Below are positions 1 through 7,861 of a stretch of 32,000 bases of DNA, piece after piece. A program made the translations under genes and the position numbers. Location: NCBI GenBank assembly GCA_016699935.1, contig CP064992.1, forward strand, positions 360,001 through 392,000. The letters are read 5' to 3'. A model generated the notes under the pieces. It had not been told where the DNA came from. It ran no database searches and saw only the letters and a list, made by a program, of their open reading frames with translations. The first letter of the stretch is position 1. Each line of letters begins with the position of its first letter. This DNA is from Candidatus Saccharimonadota bacterium. GTDB lineage: Bacteria > Patescibacteriota > Saccharimonadia > Saccharimonadales > UBA4665.

Positions 1-118
1 TCTGTTTGTCAACACCTTTAGTACCAATCACAACACCTAGCCGTTTTAGAGTTGCGTCATTAAGTTGTCTGTATTACACTTATGGTTGTAATTATTTTAA
101 TGTCTTAAAGGTGGAAAT

Positions 119-763
119 ATGGATTTTCGACAACTAAATTCAAACCCGGCAAACAAGCAAGAGCCAGTACCTGTCGCACAACCGCAGCATCCAGTCGCTA
201 AAAGAGGTGTTGGGACGGCAGTACCAAAATGGCTCAACCTCATGAGCGTCGCCGTGCTATTTGGTGTAGCCGTTTTATTGCTTTTGCTCAGCGTCCTATT
301 TGCCCGCGGAAATACTAATGATAACGAGTTTAAGTACGTGAGTAGTACGCAGTACCAAGCTGTATTCCTGAACAACGGGCAGGTGTACTTCGGCAATGTT
401 AAGGCGCTAAATGGCAAATATATCGATTTGGTAAACGTACATTACCTAACGCAAAACGCGACCACCAATGCGAGTGGCCAACAGCAAGCGAGTGGCGACT
501 ATACACTCGTCAAACTGGGCTGTCAGCAAATTCACTCACCAACTGACCGTATGCTGATAAATCGTGACCAGGTCACTTTCTGGGAGAATATCAAGGGTGA
601 TGGTAAGGTTGCTAAGAGTATCGAAGAATTCAAGAAACAGAATCCAAAAGGCCCGAATTGTGACGAGCAAACTAGCCAGACTCCAGCCGAAAACGCACCA
701 AGTCAAGCAAGTAAAAACAGCACAACCACACAAAATTCACAGACTACCACAAACCCACGCTAG
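119..763 (+). CDS. hypothetical membrane-anchored protein
   Basis: 214-aa ORF, ATG preceded by AAAGGTGGA. One N-terminal hydrophobic helix (WLNLMSVAVLFGVAVLLLLLSVLF) and a Ser/Thr/Gln-rich tail. Hairpin terminator follows. No family recognised. Confidence 0.6.
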   Translation: MDFRQLNSNPANKQEPVPVAQPQHPVAKRGVGTAVPKWLNLMSVAVLFGVAVLLLLLSVLFARGNTNDNEFKYVSSTQYQAVFLNNGQVYFGNVKALNGKYIDLVNVHYLTQNATTNASGQQQASGDYTLVKLGCQQIHSPTDRMLINRDQVTFWENIKGDGKVAKSIEEFKKQNPKGPNCDEQTSQTPAENAPSQASKNSTTTQNSQTTTNPR

Positions 764-780
764 TCTCAGTATTACATAAA

Positions 781-806
781 AAGCCTCCATCTGGGGGCTT
801 TTTATT
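781..806. terminator. intrinsic terminator hairpin between convergent genes
   Basis: aagcctcc-atct-gggggctt (8-bp stem with one G.U) followed by tttttatt and preceded by an A-run. Lies 18 nt after the stop at 761-763. Confidence 0.7.
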
Positions 807-958
807 ATTACCTAGCACCCATAAAAACCATGAGTGTATAGAGTGCGGCTACTATGACCTACACCGTGGGTATCACCCAATACGATGCGTTCACTCTGTC
901 ACGACTTTCGCTGGGGAGGATATCGTGCTAGATCGTCATACTGTCGCCTACAACTTGG

Positions 959-1561
959 CTATTTCAAGTATCTCTTCATGGCCCAGTTGTACAGCGTCAT
1001 GAGAATAAAGCCAATTGCATTCAGGACTGCTGCAACCAGACTCCAGCCCGCCAAATCGGGTGACCATTTTGCCGATACGAAATCAAACTTGTAGAGCGCA
1101 TCTGGTATATCGCCAAGTCGGACACCTCGCGCCTCTGCATAATTTTCTATACAGTTAATGGTATCTTGGGCGTTCGATGTCTGGCCTTCAGCACGACACG
1201 TCTGCAACGCCTCGTTATAGAGCGCGCTATTGTTCCTGCCAAGCGTCTCTTGCCGCTCGGTCTGGAGCCGTTCGTAGGTGTATTTCAGCTGTATGGGCGG
1301 GTGAGCCCCATTTGCGCCCGTCTCGAGGCTTGTATTCATATGGCCATGCACATGCTCGCGCAGGGCACGCAGGGCGCCTTCGACATCTCCGTTGTTTTTA
1401 TCCGCTTCAAAAACAGCGGTACGCAAACGCCCCATTTCGAGGTTATTGTGCTGCAAGGCCTTGATGCTGATGTAGCCAAACACAAGAGTTAGCAACAAAA
1501 AATACCACGGATGAATCTTCCGGACGTATCGCCAAACATGGTGCAGCTTTCGTTTATCCAT
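959..1561 (-). CDS. hypothetical membrane protein (hydrophobic helix near each end)
   Basis: 200-aa ORF. Hydrophobic segments WYFLLLTLVFGYISI and WSLVAAVLNAIGFILMTLY. No family recognised. Confidence 0.6.
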   Translation of the reverse strand: MDKRKLHHVWRYVRKIHPWYFLLLTLVFGYISIKALQHNNLEMGRLRTAVFEADKNNGDVEGALRALREHVHGHMNTSLETGANGAHPPIQLKYTYERLQTERQETLGRNNSALYNEALQTCRAEGQTSNAQDTINCIENYAEARGVRLGDIPDALYKFDFVSAKWSPDLAGWSLVAAVLNAIGFILMTLYNWAMKRYLK

Positions 1562-1597
1562 CTTGCTAATGATTATACCAGTACTGAGGAAGTTCGT

Positions 1598-1628
1598 TTG
1601 CTACTTGCTACTTGCTACTTGCTACTTG
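1598..1628. repeat. heptanucleotide tandem repeat (TTGCTAC x4 plus partial TTG)
   Basis: Four perfect contiguous copies at 1598-1625, then ttg. Sits in the 78-nt divergent spacer between the start at 1561 (-) and the Mur ligase ATG at 1640 (+). Confidence 0.9.
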
Positions 1629-1639
1629 ATAATGTAGCC

Positions 1640-3017
1640 ATGCATATATTCTTCTCAGGAATCGGCGGCACAGGTATCGGTCCTCTCGCGCTTGTTGCAA
1701 AACAGGCTGGCTACGAAGTTTCGGGGTCAGATAAGCAAGACTCTTTATATGTCGACTACCTACGTAAACAAGGCATTGCTACCATCACTATCGGCCAAAC
1801 TACAGAGAACATGGCTACCGCGCACTCCAAAAATCCAATCGACTGGTACGTCTATTCGTCAGCAGTGGCCATCGAACAGCCAGATGCGCCAGAGTTCCAG
1901 TTTTGCCGAGATAATGGCATTCGCATGACAAAGCGTGATGAGCTACTAAATGAGATTTTGTTGCAAAAAAGCCTTAAACTCATCGCTATCGCTGGTACTC
2001 ATGGCAAAACAACGACGACTGCTATGTGCATATGGACCATGAAACAGCTCGGTATACCCATAGGCTACATTCTCCCCGCCAAAAGCAGTTTTGCTGAGAT
2101 GGGTGCTTATGAGGATGGTGCAGAATATTTTATTTATGAATGCGATGAATTTGACCGTAACTTTTGCATTACCGCCCCGCACTAAGCCTAATAACTGGTA
2201 TCGCCTGGGATCACCCAGACATTTACCCAACTCAGGAGGAATACAATCAAGCCTTCCGCGACTTTCTCGCGCAGTCAGATACTAGTGTTATGTGGCAAAG
2301 TGACATCGATCGGCTAGGTGGCCTAAGCTCTCCTCTTCGTCATACCAGCGAAGGCGGGAATCCAGGAATCCGGGGTGAAAAAATAACAGTTTTATCAGAT
2401 ACGGATGAAAATATGAAGTTAATTGAGCTGGCAGGGAAGTCAATCGGCGCAATGCCTGGCAGGTCGCAAACGCCCTCTCAAAATTGCGTCAATTGCGTCA
2501 AGGACGGACCCTGACGCACCATGCGTCAGGGTCCGTCATTGACGCAGGCAAACTAGTTGCCATATTAGACAAATTTCCTGGGGTATCGCGCCGCTTTGAG
2601 CAAATTGTACCTGGGCTGTACAGCGACTATGCTCACACACCAGAAAATTCGCGGTGCCCTACAGCTCGGCCACGAAGTTGCTGATGAAAATCTTGTAGTC
2701 GTCTATGAAGGACTGCATAACACTAGGCAACATTTCATACAGGCAGATCTGAAAGATTTATTTGTGGACACAAAATGCTCTATGTCGTACCAAGTTATCT
2801 CGCGCGTGAGGATGAAACGCTGGAATTACTGACTCCCGAGAAACTTATTGGCAACATGGATGAACATGTCATGGCACATGCAGAACCAGCTGCGTTAGAA
2901 GATCACCTTAAGCAACGCTTGCAAGCCCACTTAGAAAGCGGTGATACCGTACTCTGCCTAACCGCTGGTGGTGGTGGCAGTCTTGATGAGTGGCTTAGAC
3001 AGGAGTTTACACCATGA
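1640..3017 (+). pseudogene. murC: Mur ligase family protein (MurC-like UDP-N-acetylmuramate--L-alanine ligase), frame broken 4 times as assembled
   Basis: Collinear fragments 1640-2185, 2164-2514, 2439-2684, 2596-2832 and 2775-3017. Motifs: MHIFFSGIGGTGIGPLA, IAIAGTHGKTTTT (P-loop), ECDEFDRNF|LHYRPALSLITGIAWDHPDIY, LAGK|VNRRNAWQVANAL (GxHNxxNA-like), FPGVSRRFE, DYAHTPE|KIRGAL. Breaks at T4 2162-2165, about 2439-2441, A4 2644-2647 and A4 2772-2775. MurC versus Mpl cannot be settled by eye. Confidence 0.8.
2484..2546. repeat. nested palindromic module inside the Mur ligase coding sequence
   Basis: The 7-mer TGCGTCA/TGACGCA occurs 5 times (2485-2491, 2494-2500, 2512-2518, 2522-2528, 2540-2546). 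The 25-nt arms 2494-2518 and 2522-2546 are reverse complements with one mismatch, and each arm is itself a hairpin. attgcgtca is tandemly duplicated at 2483-2500. Confidence 0.85.
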
Positions 3018-3754
3018 AGCTTCTACAACTAAACATGTGGATGGGCCGGCTTACTCGGCAAATCCTACCTCTCCTTGAGCGCGAAAAACCGGATATCATC
3101 TGTGGTCAAGAAGTTTTCAGTGCTGCTCAGTCTGTCACTTTTCCCGATTCAACAGTTAATTTATTTGAACTAATTCAGGTGGCTGGTGAATACAAATATT
3201 GTTATTTTTCGCCAGTTTGTACGCTAACATAGAAGGCCAAACAGCTAAATTTGGCAATGCCGTTTGGAGCAAATACCCCATAACGCACGCCGAAACAGTC
3301 TTCAGCAATGGTAGCTATAGCCCTAGCCAAAAAACCCTGGGTTCGACCCAAACGCACGAAATGCTCAATTCATCACCTTGGATATCGAAAACATTCCGCT
3401 ACAACTAATCAATCACCACGGCTATTGGGAGCCGAATCCGCATGGTTCGAAGCGACGGTTGCCGCTATGAAAATAATTGCCGACAAAATAAAACAGCTCG
3501 ATGGGAAGATTGTATTTGTGGGTGACCTCAATGTTGATCCTGGCACCCCAGCGCTTCAACTTTTCGATGGCTGGCTAGAAGGTTTGACAGCAAATCATGG
3601 CATAACCAATACACTGAGCCAACTTGCAAAGGTACAAGAGGTAGCTTGTGACCATATTTTCGTAAATACCCATGTGCGGGTGCAAGATTTTCGCGTTTTA
3701 GATGATCTCGTATCTGACCATAAAGCTCTCTTGCTTGAATTTGACCTGGTCTAA
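3014..3754 (+). pseudogene. endonuclease/exonuclease/phosphatase (EEP) family protein, frame broken 3 times as assembled
   Basis: Fragments 3014-3232, 3199-3408, 3327-3470 (too short for the ORF track) and 3449-3754. Motifs: PDIICGQEV, GNAVWSKYPI, LQLINHHGYW, VFVGDLNVDP, SDHKALLLEFDL. ATGA overlap with the Mur ligase stop (3014-3017). Breaks at T5 3205-3209, A6 3329-3334 and about 3447-3451. Confidence 0.8.
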
Positions 3755-5497
3755 AAAACTACGATCAGTAAGACGGCGAGGATGACTACGAGCGCAACAA
3801 ACCAGCCAACAGTGCCAGCGGGTGTTGTAGGCGGCGTTGTAACAGTTTTGAGGAATGATTGCTGTTTATGTGGTACTCCCGGATGAGTCTGAACCGAAAT
3901 AGTGCCATGTGGTTGCGTGGACGACCCCTGGATGCTGTCCCGTGATGAACCTGAACCTGATCCCCCCAGGGCGGCCGCCACGAGCGCAACCTCGCCCGCT
4001 GCCGTGTCTACTTGTTGTTTTGTTTTCGGTCCTGTTTCGTGACCCCGTTCCTTGTAGTACTCGTGGCCGTACTCAAATGCTGTCTCTTGCACTGCCTTGC
4101 CGTGACTATCTACCTCAATATTGTGCCAAGCACTTCGCTCAATATGATGTCCCTGGGCTAGTTCAAGCTGTTCGTGTAGACGTTCCTGTTCGGTCTGCTC
4201 GGCTTTAGAAATTATTCGCGTCGTCTCTTTGCGCTCAGCTTCGAGCTTTTTTTCTATTTCAGTCTGAATCTCTACTTTTTGGCGAACAACTTCTGCAGCA
4301 GACTGCGCTTGGGCAATTCGACCCGCTTCTGGTCTGATGTCTGGGGCAGCTCTCTCGATAGGGCGATACTTTTCGGCGTTAGCTTCTCGTATTTTGGCGG
4401 CTTCAGTCTCGCGGATTTGATCCCAGCGTATGTTTTCAATTTTTTTGCCCTGATCTTTTCGCTCAACAGCAAACTTTCGTTCCATACGTTTTTCGCGCCG
4501 CTTATGTCGAATATGTTCTATGCCACCTCCCACAATCAAACCGGCGACAAGCCCGCGGTTACGTCCTCGCCTGTAGGCATATTCTTGGGCGTCTTCTATG
4601 GTGGTTGGGTTCAATACGTTCGGTGTTAATGGACTCAGAATAGTATTTGCTGCCGGGGGGGTTGTGTACGTATTTGGTCCGTACGACTGATTCGGGTAGT
4701 AGGCTTGATTTGGCGTGCGCCGTCGGGGTGACGGTCCTGGTGGCATTAGCGGAGGTCCGGGCAGTGTAGGCGGTACAGGAGGACGACCGCTAGAGCCTCC
4801 TGAGCTACCTGCAGGCGTTGGTGCTGCGGTCGATGCTGAAGGCGCTGACGAAGACGAGGAGCTCGCAGTCGTTGCTGCGGTTGGCCTCACTGGCTCTTCC
4901 TCTTCTTCAGGTTCCGGCGTCTCGATAGCTTCAGCTGTTGTTATATCAGGGAACCTTTTCCAGCTGCTCGTCAGGCTCTGTCTTGGCCTGGTTTTCTAGC
5001 TCATCGCTCACCTCGGAGCTTACCTCGACTACTCCAACTTCGGCCGCTTGCTGAGACACCACTTCTTCGACTGCCTGCTTAACAATTGCTTCATCGCGCG
5101 ACTCAGGTACTTTAGAAAGATCGCGTAAGTTTATTTCCCCTTCTCCTGCGAGCGCCTGCAATATCCTCTTCGGCTTTTCCGGCAGGTGATTGAGCTTCGG
5201 GTGTCGCTTCGACAGCCGTCGGCTTAGCGCCGGAAATCTCCGCTGTTTTCGTGAGCTCCTCAGGGAGTCCTTGACACCAAATATTCTATCGAGGATGGGT
5301 TTAGATTTCTCGGCTACTTCTGACTTGGTGGTATCGGATTTCGCTTCAGGCCCACGCCCTGTTGTGCGAGCCGCTAAACTACCCAAGCCACGACCACCAC
5401 GACCTTTGCCACTGGTTTTGCTATCTGACGAATCTTTTTCTGAATTTGATTCGCTGTCCGATGCTTCTGATCCTGTGAGGGTTATGCGTTCTGACAT
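3751..5497 (-). pseudogene. large low-complexity, C-terminally TM-anchored protein; probably one ORF split by one frameshift
   Basis: ORFs 4946-5497 and 3751-4890 are adjacent. The downstream frame is open to 4995 with no convincing start (GTG only). Acidic low-complexity text continues across the break (…DEQLEKVP|DITTAEAIETPEPEEEEEPV…) if the G3 run 4949-4951 is shortened by one. Contains Ser/Pro-rich tracts, a Lys/Glu/Arg coiled-coil-like middle and a C-terminal helix WFVALVVILAVLLIVVF. Confidence 0.55.
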
Positions 5498-5523
5498 ATA
5501 GCAGTTATTTTACCAGATTTACT

Positions 5524-6563
5524 CTATTTTTCAATATGGCGCTCCCCGTACATGTCACCTTTTTCTATGGCTTCAAGCATGTCACGTACACTTGGGATGA
5601 CATTGTCTGGTAGCTCACTCATGCAAAACCACGCAATTTCATCATGCATGTGTGGTTCGGCATTATACGGTTCGCCCTCCACGCTATTGCCGCAAACACT
5701 ACGTTGCACCATTCTGCGTCAGGATCATCATCATTTTGGAGCCAAAGGCTAGTTTGAACATTGTGTCTTTGGGCAAAACAGTCACGCCAACTTCTTCTTT
5801 CGCTTCGCGTATTGCCGCCGCAAAGAACCCTTCGCCTGGCTCAACTTTGCCAGATGGCAATCCATAGTAGCCGTTCATCCAGTCGGTGTGAGCACGCCGC
5901 ACAAACAGATATTTATCGCCACGTTTTATGAGCATGAAAGCAGCACTATACGGTTGAGCAGCCTCAATTTTTTCATGAATAATCCTTCCTGATTCGTCTA
6001 CTGTGACCGCGCCAAGACGCAGCACCTCTATGGCATCATCAACCACACGAATGATGGTTGATGGGGGCGATCTCCGAGCTCGCCTACGTCAACATAGAAA
6101 TCTATGCCGTCACCAAAATAGGCTGTGGCTTCCGCGATATTTTTGCTGTAGGCTGGCCGGGGTGATTGGCACTCGTTGTCATGAGTGGACCTGTTTGCCG
6201 TAGCAACGTTTGGAGCGGTTCATTTTTGGGGACGCGGACAGCCAAGGAGTGCTTCCCTCTATGCAGATACGCCATATCATCCCCGCAAGGAATGATGACG
6301 CTAATGGCATTCGGCCAAAAGTGCTCAACGGCTTTCACGTACCGCCCGCGTAAGCCAAGGTCTATAAGCTGCTGTATGCTTGCAGCCAGTATGGTACCGG
6401 GGCTTGCCTCTCGACTCTTCACCGTAAACAGGCGCTCAACCGCCGCCGCACTGTTCGCTACGCAGACAAGTCCGTACACGGTATCTGTCGGCAGCACACC
6501 GATAGCACCATACTTTAGTAGCGCGATGAGTGATTGACTGTCGAGAGTGTTAAAAATATGCAC
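5524..6563 (-). pseudogene. tsaC: TsaC/YrdC (threonylcarbamoyl-AMP synthase) domain fused to a Nudix hydrolase domain; frame broken 4 times as assembled
   Basis: Fragments: 6102-6563 (GVLPTDTVYGL … TTSANHPGQPTAK); about 6068-6140 (NIAEATAYFGDGIDFYVDVGELGDRP); 5699-6088 (PPSTIIRVVDDAIEVLRLGAV, then Nudix box GKVEPGEGFFAAAIREAKEEVGV); about 5693-5752 (LWLQNDDDPDAEWCNVVFAA); 5524-5700 (NSVEGEPYNAEPHMHDEIAWF…). Breaks at T5 6140-6144, G5 6063-6067, about 5740-5752 and about 5686-5693. Confidence 0.75.
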
Positions 6564-6575
6564 GTGCCAAATGCC

Positions 6576-6960
6576 TTAACTGTTACTGAAGGTATAGTAT
6601 GTGAGCACAGAAAGCGCGATGAATATAATGACGGCCACCGCAACAACAGCGACGGGGACAGTTCGGGGAGATTTTGGCTTCTGTGGGGCTGCTTGATCGG
6701 GGTTTGGGGACAGAGGACTCCTTTGGAGTGTCTGTAGCTGCACTAGCGGCATGAGCTTGATCGACTGGTACATCAACGGCTGTAGGCGCCTGTGCAACGG
6801 GAGCCTCTGCACCAGAATCAGTCGTAGCGGGCGCAGCCACTACGGGCGCTTGCGCCGCCGGCCCAGACGGTGGCATGACATCCATAACAGAACCCGTAGC
6901 TGGCGGCGTTGCCGTCACGGCCGCCTCAGGGCTGGTAGATGGTGTGGTCTGAGTATCCAT
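6576..6960 (-). pseudogene. Pro/Ala/Thr-rich protein with C-terminal TM helix; one apparent frameshift
   Basis: ORF 6583-6960 (low-complexity N-part) overlaps ORF 6576-6812, whose end encodes VPVAVVAVAVIIFIALSVLTYYTF. The two join through a G4 run at about 6699-6709. Confidence 0.5.
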
Positions 6961-6980
6961 ACTGCTACTATTGTACCATT

Positions 6981-7796
6981 TTACAGACGATACCGATCCC
7001 CCGCCTTCCTGATAAGTCCCTCTGTTTCTAGGTCTTCGATAACACGAAATAGCCGTTCGTCGGCAATGCGCGCTGTCAGCTGGCCAGCACTAAGCGGTTT
7101 CATGCTGAGTTCACGGAGAACTTGCCCACGAATCTGCCGTTTAGAACCATGGAACGCCGACTGTTTTGTGTAGTGTTTGCTTTGGCCAAGGTTACGTACC
7201 TGTGTTTTAAGGTAGGCACCGTAATCCATGAGCGCCCAATAAAACTCGCGCGGATGCTCATGGTCTAGTGTTTGCCCAAGACAATCCCGGATGAAATCAT
7301 CAGATACAATTTCGCCGTCCCGGGTGAAATGGTGGATATATACGGTGCGGATGTTTGTCTCGACAAAAACGTCCGCCTGGTTGTACGCATACGCCAGTAT
7401 AGCGCCAGCTGTATTTACACCAACCCCGGGTAACTGCATGAGTTCTGCTGCCGAGTTCGGAAAGCTTCCGCGGTCCACGACTATTCGCGCGGCGTGCCAT
7501 AAGTATTTTGCGCGGCGATTGTAACCCAGGCCCTGCCAAACACGTAGCACATCCCCCAATTCACTCCCAGCCAGCACCTGGATAGTCGGGAATCGCCTCA
7601 GGAACATTTGGTACTTAACAACCACACGTGCAACCTGCGTTTGCTGCAACATCAGCTCGCTAACAAGAATGTTATACGGGTCATATGAACCATCTAGTTC
7701 GGGACGGCGCCACGGCAATTCATGCCGACCATGGGTATGGTAGTGGCTCCAAACAGTCTCGACAAACGCCGCAATCGACCTCGTATCCTTATCCAC
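6981..7796 (-). CDS. HhH-GPD DNA glycosylase, MutY/Nth-like (A/G-specific adenine glycosylase-like), no Fe-S cysteine cluster
   Basis: 271 aa. Motifs: ELPWRR, DPYNILVSELMLQQTQV, GLGYNRRAKYL, HhH LMQLPGVGVNTAGAILAYAY (MutY-like, no Lys), VFVETNIRTV in place of VDxN/H. Only one Cys in the whole protein. Confidence 0.75.
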   Translation of the reverse strand: MDKDTRSIAAFVETVWSHYHTHGRHELPWRRPELDGSYDPYNILVSELMLQQTQVARVVVKYQMFLRRFPTIQVLAGSELGDVLRVWQGLGYNRRAKYLWHAARIVVDRGSFPNSAAELMQLPGVGVNTAGAILAYAYNQADVFVETNIRTVYIHHFTRDGEIVSDDFIRDCLGQTLDHEHPREFYWALMDYGAYLKTQVRNLGQSKHYTKQSAFHGSKRQIRGQVLRELSMKPLSAGQLTARIADERLFRVIEDLETEGLIRKAGDRYRL

Positions 7797-7861
7797 CTGG
7801 ATATGATACCACTACCTATCACGAGCTTCGCACCAGAGCATGAGAGTGCGAAACTTGTGTA

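Noticed and set aside
1598-1628. The tandem repeat as a CRISPR array or minisatellite-encoded peptide.
   Set aside because: The 7-nt units are contiguous with no spacers, only about 4 copies are present, and the repeat is intergenic. It is a simple microsatellite.
1640-6960. Programmed ribosomal frameshifting or transcriptional slippage as the explanation for the frame breaks.
   Set aside because: The breaks go in both directions, occur 3-4 times per gene, share no slippery heptamer or downstream-structure pattern, and sit at ordinary short homopolymers. Indel error or decay is far more economical.
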